Positions 36,066 through 47,884 of a stretch of DNA of 64,000 nucleotides are shown here, in pieces. The notes beneath the pieces are model-generated. The model saw only the letters and a program-made list of their open reading frames with translations. It made no database searches and was not told where the DNA came from. The position numbers and the translations under genes were made by a program. Each line of letters opens with the position of its first letter. Position 1 is the stretch's first letter. The stretch spans positions 19,530 to 83,529 of the forward strand of contig JAUCBJ010008784.1 of the NCBI GenBank assembly GCA_032718475.1, read 5' to 3'. Source of the DNA: Nemertoderma westbladi (Eukaryota > Animalia > Xenacoelomorpha).

Positions 36066-39000
36066 CAACACCATCATCTTTTGGTTCTTCATAAATTGGT
36101 ATATTTGATATTTTTATAGGTTTTTTGAGGTTTGTTTTATAGTGCCCCCAAGGAAGTGATTGATTTTTATTAACCCAATAAAGTTTATCATCAAAGCTAC
36201 TGAGTGCAAATTTATTTTGCTTTAAGGTATAAATACGATGTAATTTAGATTGAAATCTGTGTATGTTTTTTTTTATTTCTTCATTTGAGTTATATGCTTT
36301 TAAATATTCTTCATGTGTAATATTCGTTTCCACAACAGCTCTTGTAATACCTTTTGCTCTACGAATATTTTTGTTATTCCATTCCAAAATTGAATATAAT
36401 TTTGGTCTTAAAAATACTGCTTGTTTAATTTCACGTGAAGCTAGTTCATCTTTACAGTAATAAAGTCTCGATTTATTTTTATCACTGTAGAGAGGGTGAT
36501 CCTTAGGGTAATTGGATGTATCTAAAATATTATTTTTAATTAATGCTTTTAAAAAATTATTCTGCGATGTATTATAGTAACATCCTATTAAAGAGTCCGT
36601 ATCTGATGCAGCAATTTCAATACGGCAGTTTAATTCTTTCTTAATAGGTAGCAATTTATTGTAAAACAGCTCATACATATCCAATTTTGCCAAGTCCAAC
36701 ACAGTGCTACCAAAAAATATAGGCTTATCGAGAGTTACAGAGTCTTTCACTAATAAATGTCCCGATAATGTATTATTGTATATTATAAATTGTTCGTGAT
36801 TAATACGATTCACCAATTGGTCGCATTTATCATTGCTATTTGCGATACGAAAGTTACATCGATCTCTTATCTTTTCTATTGATTTGCCAAATAACGAATT
36901 ATTGAGCAATTTCGCGACAGCTGTTTCAATGTAACTTTTTGCTAATCGCCTTTGATTAATATTAAAATCGATGTAATTTTTAAATACAAATTCTTGTTGA
37001 AAAGAATATAATTTATGTAGTTTAGTAACAATTAATCCATGTTTTATATAAAATTTTAACAGTTTCAAATGTAAATGATAAAACTCTTTATCAAATTGCG
37101 TCAGCAAGAGTTTTGCTGTAGGCATCCTATATTTACGGGCGGTACTTCTTTGTATCGATAAGTTATTAAATTGTTCCCTCATATAAGGCGAAAGCATTGA
37201 TTCATTTATACTTAAATGCTCTGGAGCTAACGGTAATTGTAATGTTTGATCGTGAATAGCTTTGGGATAATTTAAATCACATATTAAAAAATATCCAGTA
37301 GATCCATCAATGTCTAAATCTACCAAGTACTCGATTAGGTTTTCTGGAATTGCATTCTCTAAGTGTTTAATACTTACTTCTTTGAATTGTGAGGTGGGTA
37401 GTTTTTTACTTAAATTCCCAGAATATAAAGAGTTGAAATCAATATTAAAAATATGGCATTCTTCCTTAGTAGAATCATATGTACTTGTTCCTGGTATATT
37501 TGATTCTATATAATGCTTTCGACAAAATGAAACACCACCCCTAATTGATTTTTCAAAATCTCTATATGTCTGATAATCCTTTATTAATTCTATTTTACAT
37601 TTATTATATTTTAGTGCGCAATCATAGGTAAATTACGCGATACTACAGTAAAAAACCGCTTCTAAATTGTAATTTTGTTTACAAACATTCCTAAAATTCT
37701 CAAATATATCAGCAAGCAAACAAACATCGAGTTTTAAATAGGCTAAAAGATAATCTTTGAGATTCACACAGTCGAATTGTACCCATGATAATTCCGCAAA
37801 CCTATAATCTTCAATTGTGCATGTTTTTTGACTTAAGTTACTAAAAAAATTATTTATAGACGGCAAACCAGTATCATTAAATTTATTTATATCTGTCAAG
37901 TACTCGTATGGAAATACTCCTTTCCGTTTAATTGTTAAGTTATTCAAGTTTGGATAAAAATATTTCATTTCTTGTAGAGTAATAGGTAAAATTGAGCTTA
38001 TATCATGACTCGCTACATCCTTTGTTGAATACTCAAATAAATTACTTAAAGAAAAGCTTAAAAATTGATATGTGTCTAAGAAACGTAACTCAATTTTCTT
38101 AGAAGTGTTTTGAATTGGGATAAATGCACTCAGTGAAATATATCGTTCTGTATTTCTCGGTATAACCTTTATATCCCAATCTGTGTATTTCTTATCTCTA
38201 AATCCGGTTTGTAATATACAATGTATATCGTACTTGTTGGAATTGTGTCCGCAAAGTACATACAGGTATCGTTTCAATGATAAACTTCGGTTACAACTAT
38301 TACAGGTTGCTGCAATATATTTACCTGTAATATGTGAATGATGTCTGTTTTTCCCTACATTATTATTTAAAGTAACATTACAATAGAAACAAAATTTTGC
38401 TTGTTCAAAATTTACAAAATCAATATTAGTAAATGACATAGTTTTATGAGTGTATATTTCTGACCAACAACATAATTCAGTTAAATCAGTATATAATGAA
38501 TCTAAGAAATCTTGAATACAATTATTATTATTTGACTTTACGAATGTTTTCAAATGACATTTTGGAGCATCAAGTAATTCACTATTGGGAACAATTAAAT
38601 AACTCACAGCATACGGTATATGCTCCTGTATAATTTGATTATTAACTGAAGGTTGTAAGATACATTCTATATCAATGTAGGTGACAAACAATGGGGATAA
38701 GGTTCTATCTAAATTTGTAAAACTAATGTGTGTTCTTTTTTTATTAGGTAGTTTCTCTCGTTGACTTCTTCCTTGGTAGCAGGAGAGACGGTGTCGATGA
38801 AGAACTTCCGCTCGAAAAAAATGAGTCAAACACCTTTCACAATATTTCCTATTGCTGATATGAAGAGCTCTCGTATTCAGCAATCGATTCAAGTTAGTTA
38901 TGCAAACATAATGATTCAGTTTAGATACATTGTTATTTTTTACTACAAGTAATATATTTAATAACTGTTTATCAGGTGTAATTTTACTAAACGGAGGTTG

Positions 39001-40101
39001 TCTTAATATAGATACAGGGGTGTGTTTGTTGTCGTTATTCCAACATAGTAAATTAATTATATATTTTGAATTTTGTTTTTCAAAAAGTTTAATCGCTAAC
39101 TGCCACTCTGTTGGATAATCATTTTTTCCGTTGTCAAAAATGAAATGACTCATATAATTTTTGTACGATGAAGTAAGCTGTTTGTTGTTTTTCACTTTGC
39201 TACCAAATTTTGCGGTTATAATAGCCCATTTGAAACAGTCATTATCAACCGATTGTACATTTATAACACATAGTTTACTCGATAGAACCTTAGGTAATTC
39301 CATATATCCATGCCCCTTATATAGTAACGACCTACACTTAGATTCAGCTAATTTAATTTCAACCCTTAATAAAGATTTAATACGCCACCCTGAACCACGT
39401 GTGTTAAAGATGGCTATTTTTTGTAATATATTTTCCAGCACATACTCAAACCATGTGTCAAAACTTTGTGATGAATCTACAGTATTAATAGCACCACCGG
39501 AAGAATTAAAATAAAAGGTTTCCAATTGCTCACCTTCTGAAAAATGTGATCTGTACATTAATACATTTAGACCTAACCACAGTCTAAGAACATTCATTTC
39601 TTTCAATCTATCTAATATTAACTGAAGAATATTACCTCGAATTTGCATTACTGCTGTTTCTACATCGGGATAATCTCTAGAAGTTGGGAGGTCGTGGACA
39701 TAAATTTCAAGACGATTATCGTGAGCTTCTTGTTCCCGCGTAAAAATTGTTGCGCATGTACCAAGAGCCACCCTTAATTTTTTTCTAGATAATATATTTT
39801 TTTTATGTTGCGGAGATTTACGCTTTCTTGTGTAGTAACATTTCAAGTGACAGTCGTGTCGTAAATAATTCTCACATGTATACTCTTTATTACAGGTAGA
39901 ACAAGTCAATTGATAGGTACGGAACTCCATTTCTTTATAACCAGTAGTTGATTCATGTCGTTTACAAATTTCGCTGGATGAAGTCACGACATGACACTTA
40001 AAACAAGAATAACTTTCAAAATGTGACCGTAGGTGGCGTAAATAATTATGTCTAGTTACATTCATATGACAGAATGAACAACATATTGTTATTTTATCCA
40101 T
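36040..40101 (-). pseudogene. Protein-primed family B DNA polymerase with an in-frame TAA at 37633-37635
   Basis: DIEC, HNSNKYD, FLDTY, RKGVFPYEY, YLKLDVCLLAD, IRGG, DFNSLY, KLLNNSLFGK, SDTDS, KGI. N-terminal C2H2-like fingers and an HNH-like CFYC..HSHITGKY..CNSCN insert. Confidence 0.95.
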
Positions 40102-40294
40102 GCTGAAGTTTGTTTAGATAAATAATAATAATAATAATAAAATATCTCCAAAGATTAAAATAAAATGAAATGAAATGATATTGACTATATCTAAACATTT
40201 ATATGCTAGCGAGTGAAATAATTTTAAACCAATCACCAAACATCAATCGCCTATGGGTATTGGAAACCTCAAAGAGTTTAACTTATGATCAGGT

Positions 40295-41309
40295 TTACAT
40301 GTTAGGATAATAATCTGGTTTCCATGGAGAATTAGTAACTAGATCTACTGGAGCTGGGTTAACAGCAACTTTCTGTTTCTTTGCAGGTGATTCGTTGGTA
40401 AATTTACTCGATGATCTTGGCTTCCGAGGTAATATTTCAGGAAAGACCTGTTGCGGTTGAGAGCAACTCTCTTCAACATCCGGATTAGGTGATGTGATCT
40501 CTACGATACTACGAATGCTTTAGGTTTATCCAAAAGGACAAAACCGTCTACATTGGCTTCAATAAGAGAAACGCCATCCATAGCCTCTTTGAGAAAACTA
40601 ATATGGGCTTTATCATTCAAGTAATGCAACTCAATAGAATTTCCGCCGGCTCCTACTTCAGTAGAATTATCGGTGTTGGTGATAATAATTTTTTTATTAT
40701 TGGTTTTAATCATTTTGAGACGGTCTGATAATTGAATGATATTTTTATCAAAAAGATGCTTGTCTGGTTCATCAATTTGAGTGTCCCACTCTCGCAACAA
40801 AACGGTTAGTTCCTGATTTGACAAATTGAAACCCGTATAATAGTTAAAACCAACACTGTTACAAATCCAATAAACTCTGGATTTGATAATTCAATGTAGA
40901 ATTGATCTCTAATAATCTCTAGCGGTGGAGAGAGAAATTGCAATAATTTCCCTCTGTATTGAATTAGAACTTCAGTAAAAGCTTTGTTGAGGACTTTACA
41001 TTTGCCTTGTTTCTGAACGTAAACATCACCCGATGTGGGGTTGATAGAAATATTCAAATTTCCCCGTGCAAAACGAAGAGTGGGATATATCCTACCTGGT
41101 ATAATTGCTGGTCTGGATTGATGTTGGTTGTTGGTTGTTGTTTCTAGAATGTCTAGCAAATAGCGGGTATCTTGATGGGAAAAACAAATTGATTCGTTGT
41201 CCTCCTGAGATTCCACAATAAAATACTTGCTGTGAACGGCGGTACAAGTATATTTATTGTAAGTAAATTTCCAGCTATTTGTTGCTCCGGTTTTTTGCGT
41301 TAAGGCCAT
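40295..41309 (-). pseudogene. Polinton hypothetical gene(s), probably frameshifted
   Basis: Overlapping ORFs 40806-41309 and 40501-40824, plus a shifted tail ...SPAKKQK...PNM*; no recognisable domain. Confidence 0.4.
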
Positions 41310-41360
41310 AATAATAAATACGAAAAATATTACAAGTGATAAATTTTAAACCGTATCGCT

Positions 41361-41785
41361 GTAATAAATTGACACCATATTTCTCACTCTAAAATTACGT
41401 TTGGATGTAAGGGAGAATTTATAGTATCGATGAATATCATGATTTATATGTTTCACCAATGATCACATTTTCTTTGGTATTCATGATACGGAAATTGCAT
41501 CGGTCCTGTATTTTCTCTATCGTTTTACCAAAGAAAAATGTGATCAATTGGTGAAACGTATAAATCATGATATTCATCGATACTAAAAATTCTCCCACAC
41601 ATCCAAACGAGATTTCCTTTGAGTTACATAATTACGTTTAGAAACCCAATGTGGGAATCAGTATCATTTATTCGAGTGTTTCCGACCAATGAATATACAA
41701 CGAGTAAGATAATGTAGAAATTATTAAGGAAATAACACAATTTCAGAGTGAGAACAAAAAATTAGATATGGTATCAATATATTAC
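41361..41785. repeat. Long imperfect inverted repeat containing a diverged pPolB fragment
   Basis: Inner arms 41398-41479 and 41526-41609; outer arms 41361-41396 and 41739-41785. Confidence 0.9.
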
Positions 41786-42093
41786 CATGAAGATTACAAG
41801 TGATGAATTTTAACAAAAACATTCAGTTATATATAAATTTTGATACGTGTGGATGTGGCATAATCAACGTAGAAGAGATGGGGTGTGGCATAATCGACGA
41901 ATGAGAAAAGAGATGGGTTGCAATGTGGATGAATGGTTGCGTGGATAGGAAATACGTGAAAGAATATGAATCATTGGGTTGTGCGTAATAATAATCAATA
42001 ATTATAATAAAAACGCACAGTATAATGTTAGTAGTAGCCTTTCAATATGGCACAGATGCTGAGGGATCGGTTAGGATGAGTAACTACTATGGA

Positions 42094-42477
42094 AATGCTC
42101 GTATACGTGTAGTTGACGCGTGGCGGAATTTCATGTATCATACTGGTTGGTTGGTTTGGCGACAGCAGTCGTGGAGTTGGCAATCGATATAATATAATAT
42201 ATGCGTGATGCGTGTAGATGGCCACGTCGTCACCATATACAGTATACAGTGGTGGTGGTAACGTGGCGAAAAGGTGAATAACCGTAGGGTTAGTCAATCA
42301 GACGAGTAAGGCGGGCATCGCGAGGTTAGGCTACACTACGATTGGTTGATGGCAACTGCCGATGGTGACATATGGCGCGCGCATCGAAATTTGGCATTTT
42401 TAATAGCCCTCCGAGTGGTATGCCCATAGCCCAAGCTAGGGAGGACTTACGACAAGGACCATTCTTCTTCTACTACT
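42094..42477 (-). repeat. Polinton right TIR (384 bp)
   Basis: Reverse complement of the left TIR. Confidence 0.95.
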
Positions 42478-42483
42478 GGCATA

Positions 42484-42565
42484 GCATTCTTAATATATAT
42501 ATGTAATATATATATAATGCAACTGCAATGCAGCATGCCTATCGTAATAGCAGTAATAGTAGTAC
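42484..42565 (+). mobile_element. Remainder (3' tail) of the RTE copy split by the Polinton
   Basis: gcattcttaa...aatgcaactgcaatgcagcatgcc followed by a (GTA)-like tail; matches 43566-43620. Confidence 0.85.
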
Positions 42566-43204
42566 TGTAGTGGCTCCGCCACTGGTTACTGAAATACTTT
42601 AAGGTACCTTTGGGGTAATTTATTGAATAAGATCAACAACTGGCAAATAAACCGTATTGTTTAAGAGCAATATAATAGTGTAATTTTCAGCATGTGTTGT
42701 CATTTTTGTCTCACATTACTTCTTATTTGTCGACATAATATTATAATATTAATTAAGAATCCAAAGTTATTTTCATTTAATTTTTGTTACAGGGTTTAAC
42801 TAATTTGAAAGCTCACCAACCCATGGTGTGGTGTGGGTTGCAATGGTACAGTATGTTCTAGGATAACGAAAAAATGAAGAAAGCTGCTGAGCTTAAGATT
42901 TAAGAAGACGGTTGAACCGAGCCCGAATTTCACGTCAGGCAAACGAGACTTACCGCTTCGCCGGTACTTCACTTTCCGTTCACTAGTACCCAAGGTATGG
43001 TCCATGGTAATTTCCTGCACATTTAAGGCCCGTGTTCTTACCTTGAATCAATCCTCGCACCCACGCGTCCACGCGCCTTTCACGATTTCAGGTACTCCTA
43101 CACTGCTCGCTTCCTCTCCACTCCGATTTTCGCGTTTTTAGAATATTCGGAGACGGTTCTATTTAAACACTTATTACACCATTATTGCATTATTATCCAT
43201 TATT

Positions 43205-43621
43205 GCACCAAATCTCTGGACGGCACATTCAAAAGAATGCTACGCCGGGTTCATTGTGTCAAGTTCAATGGACACATCTCCAACCAGACACTATATAACA
43301 TTGGAGGTGTCTCATTGGTTCCTCCAAGCTTGACACTAGAACAAAATCGCCTCCGCTTTGCAGGACATTGCTTTCGCCGTGAGGACCAGCCAGTGCATAA
43401 TCTTGTACTTTGGCAGCCTCATGGAGTGAATAAGCATGGTGGACAGCTCATGACTTTCTTGAGACGCATCTTAAAGGACACTGGCCTTGAAGATGCGGAT
43501 GATCTAGCAAATGTCATGGGTGATAGGGAGTTGTGGCGGTGCAATTTTGTCGATAAGCCGGCACAGCATTCTTAAAAATGCAACTGCAATGCAGCATGCC
43601 GATCCTAGCAGTAGTAGTAGT
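43205..43621 (+). mobile_element. 5'-truncated RTE-clade LINE, third copy
   Basis: LDG...RMLRR...HISNQTLY...RLRFAGHCFRR, a (GTA)n tail, and similar cattatt-rich flanks. Confidence 0.88.
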
Positions 43622-45866
43622 ATTGCATTATTATTACACACCATTATTATCACCATTATTATTAATAACTAGAAAAGTCAGCAAGCTGGCTATAAGAAGA
43701 CCGCCCATAGACAAACGTAGTGTAGTTGGTTCCCTCCCCATTGAACAGCTTTGTTTACAGTTTGAGAGAGTAGGACTAATCACAGCCACTAAATGTCATT
43801 AGGAACCACCCTTTCAATCAGCTGGCCCACCACCTAACATAGCAGTGTTCACCAGTGAGTAGTATATATAGATATTCACATAGGATTCACTGGGAATAGA
43901 TATTCAGCTGACGGGGTAATACACTATAAACTAACAGTTGTTGATGTTTGATTACTGTCTGTGATAGCGTGAGTGAGTAAACACAACCTTATTAAAACCT
44001 GGTAAGTAATGCAGTTTGGGCGTATCCGCACCAGTTGGTGTTTCTATCCTGTAGGCGTATTATACATTTAGAAGGTAACTAAATTTATTATTTGGCTCTA
44101 TTCGTTGTTATTTATCTGGTTGTGCATTATGGGCATTTTTTTATAAATATTCGGTAATCTTACATCTTGTAAACATGCTTGATAATTAAATTATTAGCTT
44201 CATATTATATTTTTGTTTGTGGTAGCATAGTTTCATTTTTTTATTATGTGGGACAAGCCACAATGTCAGCTAGCCTCACTCCTTACTAGTTTAGACAATT
44301 ATTTAGTTTACTGACATATGTAGTTCATTTGTAATATTCTTGGCTAGGATTCTTCCCCCGGGCTCCTTCCTTCCAGCTTGCTGTTTTCTAGTTCTGTAAG
44401 GGTCTAGAATAAAAGCATAGGTTCTAGAACTTATTAAAGTAGCTAAGTATGTTCCAGGTACGATACCTCCACCTGTTACATACTGTATTTCCCATTGGGG
44501 TGTCGTTTCAACCTATGGAAGTATTTCTGGGCTTCTATAATTGGATGTTCCTTAATTAATTTAATTTAATTAACTTAATTAATATATTTGATCGCATAAG
44601 AAATAATGCCGGTAACTATATTTGTTGTACGGTAAATAAAAGATGCTTTATTCACCGTTCGTCCCGAAATCTGTTATTTACAGACCGAGCGCAGCGAGGG
44701 AGGTAAATAAGTCACATTTAGGGTCGTAAAGGTAAATAATGTATTTATATTTATAATATGTAAATTAAAAGATAAGTTACATAATTACAATAATTTTAAT
44801 GTTAAAATCATCCTAATTATTACCGTAATGTATTATTATATTATTATTATAATTATTAAAATATACTATTCTTTAATAAGTAATTAAACATTGCACCAGT
44901 CGCACCGCAGTTATTCTTTGTCCATATTGTTATCTAATGATGCCAATAATGAAAAGGTGACATTGCTCGGATTCCAAATTTGTAAATAAGAAAATAACTA
45001 TTAATGTTGATTGACGAAGAGCAATAATCCCTATTTACCAATGTAAATAATGCAAATCTTAATTAACGCTATCCCATTGATTGACTGAGCGGCAAATAAT
45101 GTCAATTTTTAACATTAATGTTATGTTTATTGTTCGTGGTTAGAAAATATATATTCTGTCGCATCGGGTCAGAGGGTTTGCGTTTGCGATGGTGTAGTGT
45201 TTACGGTCATTTTGAGTCATTAACTCCTGCAGTTACTGAGTTAGACTCAGACTGCCAGAGACGTAGTGACATACAGACCACTGGACCCAGGACCAGACAT
45301 ATTCGTGTAGGCCCCCTATTCCAGTATTGACCGGTATCATCTGAATCTACAGATCTATAATCCAGTAATCTGTCAGTACAGTGCAGCAGTCCAGTTAGTA
45401 CTGTAGTACTGCAGTACAGTCAGGAACACTGGTCACAATACAGCAATATGTCTAATTTACAGCCAGAATGTGACCGCGGAAAACGCTCTCAGAGTGAAAT
45501 TTCCCCATAGAAAACAATGCTAAATTTCATTTGAAAACCGGCAGTGAAATTTTAACATTGGCATTCTAAAAATTATGCCATTAGAATCGCCATAAAATTC
45601 TGTAGGCCTATAAATTAATTTGAGAATTAGAATCTCATCGTTGGGATAACTAGGCTATCATAATATTAAAAATAAAAATGTGCTCAGCTTCTGGGTGTAC
45701 TAGTGGAGTTACAGCCAAAATATGTCCGGAAATATAATCGCAGCCTATGAAGGACAAATAGTGGCTGCACGGACACTTTCTGGCTGTAAATATGTGGACA
45801 ATTTTTGGCTGAGCTTCAGCCAGAAAGTGACCAGTGTTCCTAACTGCAGTAGGCCTAGCCTTAATT

Positions 45867-46262
45867 ATGGATAGCTTGACTGCGGTCGAGGACGAGGTAC
45901 AGAAAGTAATGACTCGTTTCGAATCGGTTTCCAGCAACTCGCTGAGTTCGACGGAACAACTGATTGCCCAGCTGTCGGGAATCCGGGAGGAGATATCCTC
46001 CGACCCAACCGGACAGCTTTCCGCCCAACACAGAGTCGCTCTAACCGACAGCGTGAAACGAATCCGTTCCGCCCTCAGTAGGAACTCATCGGAACACAAG
46101 GAACTCCACTCCTGTGTCTCTCGTGTCGGACGTGTCATCGACAAGAACTTCCGACAGGATGTGAGCAGCTGCGCTGTCGAAGGTTGCTTCTCGTTGGAGT
46201 CCAAACAGAAACTCCTCCACGAAGTCATTACGGAGCACTTCCTTCGTAGGGGGTTGATGGAG
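45867..46262 (+). CDS. RMND5: CTLH/GID E3 ligase subunit RMND5, exon 1
   Basis: HKELHSCVSRVGRVIDKNF and LisH-like EVITEHFLRRG. Donor GAG|GTAGGT, phase 0. Confidence 0.92.
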
Positions 46263-47039
46263 GTAGGTAACTGCTGAACTGTGCTGAACTGGGTAAAGTA
46301 AAGGTTGAAGGTAGTCCGTAGAGCTGTAGAGGGCGCGATGGCTGGGGGATGTATGTGTATGGTAAACATAGCTCTGTAGCTGTAGCCTGGTAGACTGCAA
46401 GACTGGATTGTAGTATGCCTGTATGCGTTATAGGTGAAAGGAGACAGAAATTGAAGGGTGGATGATTTACCGGTAATGTAGGAAAGTACAATGTCAGGGT
46501 TATTACGTACCGGTATAATAATTAATCCAGCCATCTAAGCAAAAGGAGCGGTGCCGTAACAAAAACGAGGCCTGTAATTCTAAATTTATCCGAACCGAAT
46601 GTTTTTGTTTATACATTGTCTCGCTACTAATACCCGAATACCCAAAAAAGTCTAAAAATAAATACTTTCAATTTCACGTTTATTGCTGTTGTTTTACCCA
46701 AATTTGGTGCAGATTGACTGAACTATGTACTTCTACATAGTTACCAATTTAATTTCTAGGGCATCATAAATTAGTCTTATCATTTTATTATAATTTGGCT
46801 TTTTATTATTATTATTATTACACTCAGTTTAATTTAAAATATGTAAATTTAAATAACAGATTTTAATATTACACTTACTTATTCGTGGATAAAATATCAT
46901 TTGATGGTCGCAGGCAGCAATAATGCATAAGTAGATAGTAAGGTAATAAAATCAACATCAACATACAGTAGATAATTATATAAAATCGTGAATGCACATA
47001 CAATAGGTAAGAATATCAAGCGTAAAAAATAAACACATT

Positions 47040-47230
47040 AATAAAATCGTAAATCACATGAAAAAAGCAGTTTCTAAAAATCTATTGAAATGGTAAAGGA
47101 TCGACATTATTTAGGTTATCAGTAAAACTAATAAGGTTATTGGAGTTAACAATTTCTGTAGGTTATGAGTTCCAATAATGCAAGCTTTTTAACACAAGTT
47201 CTCGACTAAACGATGGAATGTAATCCAGCC
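47040..47230 (-). mobile_element. Degenerate CR1-like 3' remnant in the RMND5 intron
   Basis: Minus-strand peptide HYWNS*PTEIVNSNNL.SF...L. Confidence 0.35.
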
Positions 47231-47884
47231 CAACTGATTTGACAACCACAAAAACCCTGTTTCTAAAAAAATTAGGCCTAATGCGCTATTTAAACTAAAA
47301 CAAATAAATAAATTAAACTTAAAAATCAATTCTGCAATCCCGATTTTATTACCGGCATGTAAAATATCTTAGCCAACAATTTCGTGGAAATTATTCAATT
47401 TATTTGCAGTGATTTATATAATTTTCTTTAAAATATCCCCTTTATTGTCCGCAAAAGTGCGGACATTAAAGTAATTATCCAATCAATCTTCCAATAGTGC
47501 GGATAATAAAATATTTATCCAATCACCGATCTAGAAGTTTATTATGTTGATTTCGCATTATTTATTCTAGATCAGTATAATTACGTTGGTAATTATTAAT
47601 ATATTTAGCATTGAAATGGTTAGTAGTAGGATTTTTTGATCCAGTACCTAGTTTAATTGACTTTTTGGTTTGATTATTTTATTAAGTTTTATATAAGTTT
47701 GATTTGATACCACTCACAAAGTATAGCTAGTATATAGTAGCTAGTATAATTATTTAAGTACACATATTTGACATATTACACATTGGTGCAGAATTTACAT
47801 CAAATTTGCGATAACTTTGTTACGTTAAATTTCTAGTTTAAAGTGACTATTTTAATGATATTTTGCATTTACAAAAAAAATATT

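Larger units (their letters stand above)
19788..42477. mobile_element. Polinton/Maverick (endogenous polintovirus/adintovirus-like), full length and decaying
   Basis: 5'-AGTAGTAG...CTACTACT-3' termini, TSD GGCATA (19782-19787 and 42478-42483), and pPolB, INT, ATPase, PRO, MCP and mCP genes. Confidence 0.97.

Noticed and set aside
24380-37635. TAA recoding or programmed readthrough in Polinton genes (several single in-frame TAAs)
   Set aside because: Integrase, MCP and mCP2 carry frameshifts and many genes end in TAA; ordinary mutational decay explains the pattern.
41567-41802. Plus-strand degenerate ORF (MIFIDTKNSPTHPNEISF...) in the hairpin's right arm
   Set aside because: Three in-frame stops and no recognisable homology; possibly a relic gene but not supportable.
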